From the IMG/VR virus record IMGVR_UViG_3300025237_000001, positions 1 through 64,000 of that record: a stretch of DNA of 64,000 nucleotides. The stretch is one strand, 5' to 3'. Below, one piece after another: positions 55,441 to 64,000 of this stretch. Source of the DNA: a virus. A program made the translations under genes and the position numbers. The notes under the pieces are model-generated. The model was not told the DNA's origin and ran no database searches. It worked only from the letters and a program-made list of their open reading frames with translations. Numbering within the stretch: position 1 is the first letter of the stretch; each line of letters begins with the position of its first letter.

Positions 55441-55482
55441 ATTACTATTTTAATAAAAAATTCGTCAAAGTAAACATAATGT

Positions 55483-56232
55483 TTAATCTTTGTCAGTTTT
55501 TTTGTAATTATTCACAATCTTTGTTATTAGTGGGTTTCTAACAATATCATTCTCATCAAATTCAAAGAACCCGATTTCTGGAATATTGTTATGTCTATTC
55601 ATCGCATCATATAACCCAGTTTTCTCAATAGAATCATATCTATCGGATTGGTCCATATCACCAGAAATTATAAATTTAGAACCATAGCCGATTCTAGTTA
55701 AAAGCGTCTTCATTTGAGATGCTGACATATTCTGAGCTTCCTCCACAATTAAAATGGAATTATCAATCGACTTACCTCTAATGAAACCTAATGCTTCACC
55801 GATAAGTTCTTCAGACTCTTCTAATTTAATTCTTTTTTCTTTGGAAACTAATTTATCAACAATATCAATCGATGATGCTAAGTATGGTGCTAATTTTTCT
55901 TTTAAATTACCTGGTAAGAAACCAAGGTTCTCTTCAGCTTCAACAGCTGGTGTGATAATTAGTATTTTTCTAAAGGATGTTGTAGTGTCTTGAAGTAATT
56001 GAATTGCTGCTGCGATTGCTATATAGGATTTTCCTACACCAGCTGGTCCAGCACAAATTATTATTTCTCGGTCCTTTATTAATTTAACGTATTCTTTTTG
56101 TTTTACGTTCTTACATTTTAAAACTAGTTTTTTAGGTAATATTTTATTTACCTCATAAACCTTAGATTTAACTGTATCGGTACTTACTTGTCTTTTTGCC
56201 ATAAAAAAATGTGAACTTATTGATAAGTTCAC
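55483..56232 (-). CDS. phoH: PhoH-family ATPase
   Basis: Q..Y...I, GPAG.GKS, .PAVEA.E.LGFLPG, RG......LI.EEAQN, LTRIG..SK....GD..Q.D. Confidence 0.92.
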   Translation of the reverse strand: MNLSISSHFFMAKRQVSTDTVKSKVYEVNKILPKKLVLKCKNVKQKEYVKLIKDREIIICAGPAGVGKSYIAIAAAIQLLQDTTTSFRKILIITPAVEAEENLGFLPGNLKEKLAPYLASSIDIVDKLVSKEKRIKLEESEELIGEALGFIRGKSIDNSILIVEEAQNMSASQMKTLLTRIGYGSKFIISGDMDQSDRYDSIEKTGLYDAMNRHNNIPEIGFFEFDENDIVRNPLITKIVNNYKKTDKD

Positions 56233-56276
56233 ACTAAATATAATAACAAAATTTAAAAACTAAATAAAAAAGTCTA

Positions 56277-57254
56277 TTATTTAGCTTCTTTATTTTTATA
56301 ACGTTCATCAAGTTCATCTAACTTGTACTTGGTGAATATGTTATCTCCGTCAATTGTAGCCTCCGCAATAAATTTAATTACGTAATGACCATTGAATTTA
56401 ACTATTTTATCGAATTTCTTGATTTCAAATTCATATTCTAGACCATCTTGCGCACCTATAGCCTTATCGGTAATAAATCCAACTTTTTTGAAGTCTAATA
56501 AATCTGAGTGTCTTGGATTCTTGATTGCAGCTTTAATATCAGAAATTAATAATCTAGTTTTTCTATTATATTCATCTGGGTATTCTGATAGATAAAACTC
56601 AAGTAACCTCTCATTCTCATTTATCTTTCTAATCAATAGTTTTTTAGCGTATTCTTCAATTTCAAATTTAGGTCTAAAATCTCTTTCAACATATAACGTT
56701 TTTTTAGATTTCATGGAAGCTACCATGTCATCAAATGATATTTCACCCAACGTCCTTGCTTCCCATTTTTCAGTTCCTATTAAATCAAATTTCTCTTTAT
56801 CATCTTCATAATTAACGATTTCATCTTTATCTAAAACCTTCATCTTTTCATTACCAAATTCTTCGGCTGTTGGTTTACCCATAGCCATATTCTTAACGAC
56901 CATGACAACGGGATAAGGGTCTGCATCGTCTTTAATTATTTTATCTAATTTATATTTCTCTATATCATAAGTTTCCACTATTGGTAAGCCATCAGCGTCA
57001 TAACCTGTAATCTTGGCTGTTTTAGATTTAGATTGATTTAAAACCTTATATAATCTCCACCTCAATTCTTTAACTGGCATTGTAATTTCACCTTTTAATA
57101 AAGAATCCGCTAACATACCTTGATTATATCCTTGTTCTAGTTCACCTCCGCTTGTTATTGCATCTGATTTTTGAGCAAAAGCGTCCTTCTCTACCCTAGA
57201 TAGGGCTAAAGATATTAATCCCATTTTTCTATTTAACCAATTTTTCATAATCAT
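56277..57254 (-). CDS. conserved hypothetical protein
   Basis: 325-aa ORF, co-oriented. Confidence 0.65.
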   Translation of the reverse strand: MIMKNWLNRKMGLISLALSRVEKDAFAQKSDAITSGGELEQGYNQGMLADSLLKGEITMPVKELRWRLYKVLNQSKSKTAKITGYDADGLPIVETYDIEKYKLDKIIKDDADPYPVVMVVKNMAMGKPTAEEFGNEKMKVLDKDEIVNYEDDKEKFDLIGTEKWEARTLGEISFDDMVASMKSKKTLYVERDFRPKFEIEEYAKKLLIRKINENERLLEFYLSEYPDEYNRKTRLLISDIKAAIKNPRHSDLLDFKKVGFITDKAIGAQDGLEYEFEIKKFDKIVKFNGHYVIKFIAEATIDGDNIFTKYKLDELDERYKNKEAK

Positions 57255-58285
57255 TTCTTTTCTACTTCGTTAGTAACCCATTTTAATGTATCTAACATCC
57301 CATTAACTAATGGTGCATTTACTTTCCAACCTATCTTTTCAAAATACAAGTCATTATGTGAATTTCTACCTTTAACACCAATTGGACATGTGAACCCATA
57401 CTTACTAATAAACTCTTTACCTTCTATGTTATTTATTTTAACATTCTTACCTGATAAATCAATTGCCATTTGCGCTAGACCGTTGATTGAAATCATTTCA
57501 TCTGACCCAATGTTAACAGGTCCCATGAAATCGCTATCCATAAGCCTTTGTACGGCTTCTAAACATTCATCAATATATAAGAATGAACGGGTTTGTTTAC
57601 CGTTACCCCAAACTTCTATTTCTCCACCATCTTTAGTTTCAGCTACTTTCCTACACATTGCGGCTGGGGCTTTCTCTTTACCACCATCCCAAGTACCTTT
57701 TGGTCCAAATATATTATGAAACCTAGCTACTCTTATATCTAATTTATAATTTCTGTGAAATGAAAAATATAATCTTTCACTAAACAATTTTTCCCATCCA
57801 TATTCTGAATCTGGTTGAGCTGGATAAGCTGAAGATTCTTCACAATTTGGATTATCTGGGTCGGTTTGATTGAACTCTGGGTACATACACGCTGAAGAAG
57901 AGTAAAACAATTTTTTTACATTTTTCTTAGTTGCTTCATAAACAACATTTAAATTTATCAACGCTGAGTTATGTACAACATCTGCATCGTGATTACCAGT
58001 AAAGATATATCCAGCACCTCCCATGTCGGCAGCCAATTGGTATACCTCATCAAATGAATTAAACGCATCGTCAACCGATGTTTGAGTTGGTGAAAATATT
58101 ACCATAGAAACTAATTTTGGGTCTCTTAAATCACCTAATACGAAGTCATCACATATTTCATCGTGGTCAAAATATTCGTGAGGTTTAATATCCACGATTC
58201 TAACCCAATGCCCTTCTTCTTTTAATTTTTTCCCTAGATGACCACCTATAAAGCCTCCACCACCTAATATTAATATATTCTTCAT
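57251..58285 (-). CDS. NAD-dependent sugar epimerase, GDP-mannose 3',5'-epimerase-like
   Basis: GGGGFIG, LAADMGG.GYI, SSACMYP, P.S.YGWEK, RFHNIFGP.GTW.GG.EKAPAA.CRK. Confidence 0.88.
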   Translation of the reverse strand: MKNILILGGGGFIGGHLGKKLKEEGHWVRIVDIKPHEYFDHDEICDDFVLGDLRDPKLVSMVIFSPTQTSVDDAFNSFDEVYQLAADMGGAGYIFTGNHDADVVHNSALINLNVVYEATKKNVKKLFYSSSACMYPEFNQTDPDNPNCEESSAYPAQPDSEYGWEKLFSERLYFSFHRNYKLDIRVARFHNIFGPKGTWDGGKEKAPAAMCRKVAETKDGGEIEVWGNGKQTRSFLYIDECLEAVQRLMDSDFMGPVNIGSDEMISINGLAQMAIDLSGKNVKINNIEGKEFISKYGFTCPIGVKGRNSHNDLYFEKIGWKVNAPLVNGMLDTLKWVTNEVEKK

Positions 58286-58286
58286 T

Positions 58287-59102
58287 TTAATATCTTTTTA
58301 TTATTTGTGTTATTCCATCTCTCAATGAGGTTTTTGGTTTCCAGAAATTAAGTATATAATCGTCTGGCTCATTTCTTTTATCTAATTGAATATCATCAGT
58401 TTTTTTTGATGGGCGAACTATAATGTTACCGAACTGAAGTCTTATAATTTCAGCAATATCTGATATTTTGTTCCATTCAAAATTTGTAATGTGTAATTCT
58501 TTTTCTCTATCAATATCATCGTACTTATCCATTAATATTGATAGACATTCACAACAATCATTGGCGTATAGAAATTGTCTTTCTTCCGTACCATCAGTTC
58601 TCATATTAATAATACCTTCATTCTTAGCCATAAGAATAAAATCGGTAATAACATGAGATTTTGTAAGGTCGGATTCATAACCGTATACATTCCAGAACTT
58701 AACAACCACACCATTTAAAATCTCAGTGTATGTTTCACCTAGTCTCTTTAAGATACCATATGGTGAATAACTCATATTGGACATTTGACTTGAAGCAAAT
58801 ATAAATTTTGTATTATGTTTTTTAAGACTTTCGAAAGTGTTTGTCATTAATTTAACATTGTTATCGATAAACTCAAAAGTGTGTTGGTATTTGGATAAAT
58901 AAACTGACCCACCAACATCAAATGCTAAAAAGAATACAAAGTCTACCGTTGGTAGTATTTCATCCAAGATATTGCTTACCCTTAAATCTTCGTTTATTTC
59001 AACAGCTATGTCAAATTCAATGACAGTGTGATTTTGCGCTCCTAGGTGTTGAACCAAAGGCGCACCTATTTGTCCAGCAGACCCTAATACTAGTATTTTC
59101 AT
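58287..59102 (-). CDS. NAD-dependent epimerase/dehydratase
   Basis: GSAGQIG, FLAFDVGG, ASS, YG..K, NVYG. Confidence 0.85.
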   Translation of the reverse strand: MKILVLGSAGQIGAPLVQHLGAQNHTVIEFDIAVEINEDLRVSNILDEILPTVDFVFFLAFDVGGSVYLSKYQHTFEFIDNNVKLMTNTFESLKKHNTKFIFASSQMSNMSYSPYGILKRLGETYTEILNGVVVKFWNVYGYESDLTKSHVITDFILMAKNEGIINMRTDGTEERQFLYANDCCECLSILMDKYDDIDREKELHITNFEWNKISDIAEIIRLQFGNIIVRPSKKTDDIQLDKRNEPDDYILNFWKPKTSLRDGITQIIKRY

Positions 59103-59935
59103 ATAATTATTTTTTGTAATGTATCAGCTATGATGTCATCTGTTGATACATATTCTCCACCTAAAATAATATTTTTTCGAATAAAGTCAAGTTTATCTGT
59201 GTAATCTTTTATAGTTAAATTATCTAAAATAACATCTAGCTCATCAAGTGTATCAAAAGTTATTATTCCGTTTTTATCAAAATATTCACCAATATTTGGA
59301 CAACCCCAGAATATTGGCACGGTACCAACCATAAAATTATCTATTAATATCTCAGTGAAGAAATTGTCTACTTTACTATTCATAACGGATATACTAAAGT
59401 AGTATTCACTTAGTGGGTCAAGTTTATCATTAAAACGTTTGTATCCGCTTCCCCACATATCGATGTTATGTTTACTAGCTAAAGATTTAGCGATAGTATG
59501 TCTAAAATTATGACCTTCAGTTGTTCTTTTGTTTGAAGCAATCATACTAAGGAATTTATTCTTCTTATATATTTTAGGTAATGTAATTCTACTTTGACCA
59601 ACAACGTATTTTAAATACTTGTCACTTCTCTTTAAAAGTTCAGCGTCATAAGTTAGAATGTAGTCAAACTTATGTTCTAATTTTAAAATGTTTAAATAAC
59701 TTTCAGGTCTAAAGGCTCTAGGTTCTAGAATCCAAGCGACCTTTATTTTACTTTTAACTCTATCAACCATTGCAGTGTTGATGAATCTCTCGGTGAAGAC
59801 AGTTATCCCATCATATTCCATTAAACCATCTAACCATTCAATCTTTTTTGGTTTTAAAGTATCTGAACATGTGATGTAACCGAGCATGTTCTTAGTGTGT
59901 ATAAATTCTTTATCAAATAAATTAACTTTTAGCAT
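59099..59935 (-). CDS. glycosyltransferase family 10-like (fucosyltransferase motif)
   Basis: Y.FSI...NS...N.FTE...D....GTVPI.WG.P; ATG 59935 preferred. Confidence 0.75.
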   Translation of the reverse strand: MLKVNLFDKEFIHTKNMLGYITCSDTLKPKKIEWLDGLMEYDGITVFTERFINTAMVDRVKSKIKVAWILEPRAFRPESYLNILKLEHKFDYILTYDAELLKRSDKYLKYVVGQSRITLPKIYKKNKFLSMIASNKRTTEGHNFRHTIAKSLASKHNIDMWGSGYKRFNDKLDPLSEYYFSISVMNSKVDNFFTEILIDNFMVGTVPIFWGCPNIGEYFDKNGIITFDTLDELDVILDNLTIKDYTDKLDFIRKNIILGGEYVSTDDIIADTLQKIII

Positions 59936-60599
59936 TTTGTAGTTTAGTAATATCTCTAGTAGCACTATTATTTAAATAGGCTTTATATCCATGAAAATCT
60001 TCTTGACCTTTACTATCAACCACAACACTTAACGCATCTTTTTCTCTTTTACCTGTTGAATAATGTCTGTGTTCTACGATGATATCATCAAAATAGAATA
60101 ATGAATTCATTTTTTTACCAATAAACTTCCAAAAGTGGTCAGCCCATAGGTATTTTATTTCTGGTGGGCACATGTAACCTAAAACTTCTATTATTTTAGA
60201 GTTCATAAATGGTAACCCAACAATATATTCTTTATTTAATAAATCATTTCCCCAAACAATTCCATACTCACCAAGGTCTTTTAATTTATCAATAAATCTA
60301 GATTCCCATTTTTCAGTTACAAAGTTACAATCGTCTTCTAAGAACGCAACGTAATTATATTCCTTAGCACCTTCAATAGCCATTTCATTAAGAATCTCTA
60401 AAAACGGTTTAGGTGTTATGTTAACGTACTTAAATGGGTACTTATCCTTCACACTATCATAAGTGGTGTCACCTTCATCTATTCCAACCCACACGTCACT
60501 TTTACCCTCTGTTGTATTAACCCAAGAATCCGCAAAAATGATGAAATCATCTAAACGGTCTTTTGTTGGTATTAACACTAATATTTTATCTTGTTTCAT
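59922..60599 (-). CDS. glycosyltransferase family 2-like
   Basis: VLIPTK.R, AFLEDD, W.D, H.H motifs. Confidence 0.75.
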   Translation of the reverse strand: MKQDKILVLIPTKDRLDDFIIFADSWVNTTEGKSDVWVGIDEGDTTYDSVKDKYPFKYVNITPKPFLEILNEMAIEGAKEYNYVAFLEDDCNFVTEKWESRFIDKLKDLGEYGIVWGNDLLNKEYIVGLPFMNSKIIEVLGYMCPPEIKYLWADHFWKFIGKKMNSLFYFDDIIVEHRHYSTGKREKDALSVVVDSKGQEDFHGYKAYLNNSATRDITKLQNAKS

Positions 60600-61204
60600 T
60601 ATCTTTGTTTGAATTTACTAGAGTACTTCTTTCTAAGGATTGTTAGACCGTTATTCCAAGGTAATGTAGAGAATTCCCAGAATTGTGGGTTAAGTTCAGC
60701 TACGGCTCTGTATGGACCTCCATTATCCCATTGTTTACCAGCAGATTTGGTTAAATCAGAATGATAAAACGGACAGGTACCTCCATACATCAAATCGTGT
60801 AAAACTATAATCGTTGATGGTGATACTAATGCATCAATAATTTCCAACTGCTCCTTAACGTGTTCATATGAATGCCAATCGTCAATATAAATCAAATCAA
60901 TATTAACCTCTTGTTTTAAGTTTTTTAAGAATTTTATTGAATCTTTTTTAAAGAACGCCCAATGTTCTTTTTGTTCTTCACTTGGTTTGAAATCAGTATC
61001 TTCTATATCTACCGAAAATAACTGACCGTCATTTATTCTAGCAGCTTCTAGTAACGGTAATGTTGTGCCACCACCTCTTACACCTAATTCGATAATCAAC
61101 TTAGCTTTACTCCCTAAAGCAATTCCTAATAAAGTGGTAAGGTGTCTATCTGAATCACCTTTTCCATTTATTGTAGTGTCTATAATTTTTTCTATTGTAT
61201 TCAT
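60599..61204 (-). CDS. class I SAM-dependent methyltransferase (Methyltransf_24-like)
   Basis: IELGVR.G.TT, S.DI, DL.YID..H.YE.V, HD; ATG 61204 preferred. Confidence 0.85.
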   Translation of the reverse strand: MNTIEKIIDTTINGKGDSDRHLTTLLGIALGSKAKLIIELGVRGGGTTLPLLEAARINDGQLFSVDIEDTDFKPSEEQKEHWAFFKKDSIKFLKNLKQEVNIDLIYIDDWHSYEHVKEQLEIIDALVSPSTIIVLHDLMYGGTCPFYHSDLTKSAGKQWDNGGPYRAVAELNPQFWEFSTLPWNNGLTILRKKYSSKFKQR

Positions 61205-61205
61205 A

Positions 61206-61838
61206 TTATTTAAAAAAGTTTGTATAGTTAACAACTTTATTTTGGATGTCACTATAATCTATGGTTTGTACCGCCATATTAGGGGTGAAGCCATATGCAT
61301 TTATTACTGGATGTAAATCAGCATAATAACCATCTATTTGTTTATTTCTGTTTTTAACTAAATCAAGTATTCTATCGTAAACGGTAGCTCTAATAGCCAC
61401 ACATTGTAACGCTACGGTTTTATTTAATTTTATGATATTATCATTAACTTTAATTGGTGGTCTACCATAAATATGATTACCACCAAAATATATCATATCC
61501 CAATTATCTGGGACCGATTCCATATAGTCTTTTAATCCATTAATCTCATCGGTAAATAATACGTCATCTTCAAGTATTAAGACACTTGAGTACTTATTTT
61601 CTTTAGCTTCTGTAATGATATTAATATGGGTTTCCATAACACCTAACTCACCTAATAATAAATTTGGATTATGTTTGAATTTTGAAGTATCCAATTTCTT
61701 CCCATCAATAGCTTTGAATTTAATTACATCATCAAAACCCACCCTGTTAAATTCTATGTTAACTTTATCCCACCTATCAGGTCTTCGTTCTAAGTTAATA
61801 CAATATACTTTATCAAAATACGTTTTTAATATACTCAT
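61206..61838 (-). CDS. glycosyltransferase family 25
   Basis: YCINL.RR.DR, F.AIDG, GELG...H, ILEDD. Confidence 0.88.
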   Translation of the reverse strand: MSILKTYFDKVYCINLERRPDRWDKVNIEFNRVGFDDVIKFKAIDGKKLDTSKFKHNPNLLLGELGVMETHINIITEAKENKYSSVLILEDDVLFTDEINGLKDYMESVPDNWDMIYFGGNHIYGRPPIKVNDNIIKLNKTVALQCVAIRATVYDRILDLVKNRNKQIDGYYADLHPVINAYGFTPNMAVQTIDYSDIQNKVVNYTNFFK

Positions 61839-62489
61839 TTAAAAATCTTTTAAACCCTCACTATCTCTAAATGCTTCCCACCCAACTGATTTCTTAAAAC
61901 CTATACGTACAGCATTAAAATAAGTTGTTGGTATTGAAGCGTCAGCGTAAGTTTTATGGTCAGTACCTAATAATAAAGCACTACCTTTTAATTCAAAATC
62001 CCATGGGGAATATTCATCTTTAAGAACTTCCAATAAATATGACTTCTTCCATATTGATGGTTGAACTGAAATTATATATCGACTATTTGGTTGAAATATT
62101 TTATAAGGACAATTTTCTTTATCCATATATCTTTGCTCACCTGGCGGTCCACATACTTGTAACCTATTCATATCGTACTTTTTCATATCTTCTATCCACG
62201 TATTCATTTGGGTTTCGTCATATGAATAATTAAAAAAGTAATCTTCCAAAACAAAAAAGATATATTCCTCTTTACAAGCAATAACCCCATCTCTCATTCT
62301 ACTACCCCACGACTTCTTACCTAAAGCAATAGTGTCGAACTTAGTGTCAGTATAATTTGGAATAACTTTCGTTTCACCAACGAATAAATTTTGTGTAGGA
62401 AATTTCCAATACCTATCAAAGGTAATTTGGAATGGCTCCCAAAGTGGTTCGTATGCGTCACAGGTTCCTATTAGTACGGATAATTTCAT
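61839..62489 (-). CDS. glycosyltransferase-like protein
   Basis: LEDY, Q.S.W.K..L......PW.FE motif. Confidence 0.6.
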   Translation of the reverse strand: MKLSVLIGTCDAYEPLWEPFQITFDRYWKFPTQNLFVGETKVIPNYTDTKFDTIALGKKSWGSRMRDGVIACKEEYIFFVLEDYFFNYSYDETQMNTWIEDMKKYDMNRLQVCGPPGEQRYMDKENCPYKIFQPNSRYIISVQPSIWKKSYLLEVLKDEYSPWDFELKGSALLLGTDHKTYADASIPTTYFNAVRIGFKKSVGWEAFRDSEGLKDF

Positions 62490-62490
62490 A

Positions 62491-63348
62491 TTATATCATT
62501 TTTTTAATTTCCTCAATAGTAAATTCTTCTACTTCGTTTGAGTATGGACCTTCATCCAATACTTTTTCATGTAAATTCTCACCCGCTTGTAATCCAATTA
62601 CATTAAAATTAATCTCTATTCCATTGGAATATTTTTGAACCATTGCAGTTAATAAATTTTCAATACTCATTGATTTCATATTAGGACAAAATGGTGTGCT
62701 ATCTATAGCCTCTTCCATACATTGGTAAATTAATTCTAACGCTTGTTCAACCGTCCAGAAAAATCTAGTAGCCGAAGGTTCTGTTACGATAACATCTTCA
62801 CCATTTTCAATTAGAGCTTTCCATTTACATAAAACTGAACCAGTTGAGTATAATACGTTTCCATATCTAACTATCCTATATTGACAATTAGGATTTAACG
62901 CCTCATATTGCTTAGATAACCTTTCCATTAATAATTTAGTGGCACCGTAAACACCAACTACTTGAGCGGCTTTATCAGTTGAAATTGATAATATAAAATC
63001 TAGAGGTTGTTTAAGTGATTGCTCAAAAATATTTAATGAACCAATTACGTTAGTTTTTAAACATTCTCTGGGGAACGTTTCTGCAAGACCAACGTGTTTA
63101 GAAGCTGCTAAATGAAATACTCCATCCACACCTTTCATGGCTTGTTGAACTTCAAAGGCATCGCTTATATCACCAGTAAAGATTTCAACATCAGGGTATA
63201 CTTCTTTTAAATACACCAACGTACCTTCGTCTCTACCCATGACTCTAACTCTACCACCTTTATTAAAGATATCTTTAACTAGGGGTTGACCTAAAAAACC
63301 ACCACCACCAGTTACTAGATATAATTTATTAATTTCTATTTCTATCAT
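62491..63348 (-). CDS. polysaccharide-biosynthesis NDP-sugar 4,6-dehydratase (CapD/FlaA1-like)
   Basis: TGGGG.LG, HLAA.KHV, STDKA, YGATK, RYGNV..S.GSV, TRF. Confidence 0.88.
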   Translation of the reverse strand: MIEIEINKLYLVTGGGGFLGQPLVKDIFNKGGRVRVMGRDEGTLVYLKEVYPDVEIFTGDISDAFEVQQAMKGVDGVFHLAASKHVGLAETFPRECLKTNVIGSLNIFEQSLKQPLDFILSISTDKAAQVVGVYGATKLLMERLSKQYEALNPNCQYRIVRYGNVLYSTGSVLCKWKALIENGEDVIVTEPSATRFFWTVEQALELIYQCMEEAIDSTPFCPNMKSMSIENLLTAMVQKYSNGIEINFNVIGLQAGENLHEKVLDEGPYSNEVEEFTIEEIKKMI

Positions 63349-64000
63349 TTTATAATTTCTTTATACTCTTCTATTATTTGTGTGACAACATTTTCACTTT
63401 TATATTTGTCAACATCTGTAGGGACTGGGTGTAATTTCTTACCCAATACAATCCCCTTATCGTCAACATCATATATCCAACCAGCTTTACCACATAACCA
63501 ACCTTCAATTGTTGTCCTACCTAATAGGATTCCAGCGGTTTCGGTACATTGGTTGATATAATTCTCAACCTTTCTTTGTACTCCATGATACGTTACGTGA
63601 GTGTCACTATCATTTATAAGACTATCAACGGTTACACCATTTTCTTTTCCTATAACCCATAGTTTACTTCCTTCTTTTTTGGTTCTTTCAATTAAATCAG
63701 ATAACATATTTTTCCTTAAGTAATCAATAGTTCCAACAAACAAAGTAATTTTTTCATCAATGAGCGTATCTTTTGGTTGAAATCTATTCGTGTCAATTGG
63801 GTTATAAATAACGCTTATCTTTTCTTCAGGTATGTCATAACCTGAAGTGATAAAATCTTTTATCTCAGGTCTAATTGCAATATATTTCTTAATATTATCA
63901 TGTACTACTGGATGCTCTAAAGATATTACTTCAGAGTGTATTGAAGCTATCGCTGGGATTTCAGGGTATAATTGTAACATTAAGTTGGTTACAGGTGTGT
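63345..64000 (-). CDS. glycosyltransferase (GT4-like), 5' end outside the window
   Basis: Frame is open to the window edge; I.NP.D..RF, GRT..EG...G motif. Confidence 0.65.
   Translation of the reverse strand, partial: TPVTNLMLQLYPEIPAIASIHSEVISLEHPVVHDNIKKYIAIRPEIKDFITSGYDIPEEKISVIYNPIDTNRFQPKDTLIDEKITLFVGTIDYLRKNMLSDLIERTKKEGSKLWVIGKENGVTVDSLINDSDTHVTYHGVQRKVENYINQCTETAGILLGRTTIEGWLCGKAGWIYDVDDKGIVLGKKLHPVPTDVDKYKSENVVTQIIEEYKEIIK

Noticed and set aside
1-64000. Alternative genetic code (TAG/TGA recoding, as in some jumbo phages)
   Set aside because: Core genes (terminase, portal, capsid, ClpC, ThyA) are full-length under code 11, and TAG and TGA both act as real stops
1-64000. CRISPR array or tRNA genes
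   Set aside because: No repeat-spacer periodicity and no cloverleaf with a TTCGA arm seen by eye; intergenic gaps are short. tRNAscan-SE and MinCED would settle it

Overview
This is a 64-kb slice of an AT-rich (roughly 30% GC by eye), T4-like jumbo phage in the standard genetic code, most likely infecting Bacteroidota. The host call rests on TTG-N19/20-TATATTTG promoters, SD-less starts and Bacteroidota-type IF3 and ClpC. Layout: 0-17 kb small accessory ORFs (HNH, PD-(D/E)xK nuclease, thioredoxin, LRR protein, RNase H-like DUF458, ABC-ATPase/GNAT, receiver-like protein, IF3); 17.5-25 kb GNAT-like, ART-like, ClpC, KTSC, glutamine synthetase II and ThyA; 25-41 kb head module (terminase, portal, prohead protease, scaffold, gp23-type capsid); 41-46.5 kb NUDIX, ParB-kinase, HAD and a vWA pair; 46.7-52.6 kb baseplate-like genes and a sigma-like gene; 52.6-64 kb PhoH plus a glycosylation cluster. 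The best leads are: (1) a canonical -1 frameshift signal (A_AAT_TTT, 6-nt spacer, 10-bp stem) fusing the ABC ATPase to the GNAT; (2) a second -1 shift on an A10 run in a head-region gene; (3) a set of enzymes (SMODS-associated-type NUDIX, ParB/Srx-kinase, ART, GNAT) carrying [ILV]-x-E prohead-protease-type motifs at domain borders under a shared TATTTAT motif, suggesting a packaged and injected effector arsenal; (4) a UVR motif inserted in ThyA that matches the phage ClpC M-domain; (5) a 15-bp inverted repeat pairing the two ends of one predicted mRNA. All family calls come from motif recognition by eye, without database searches.
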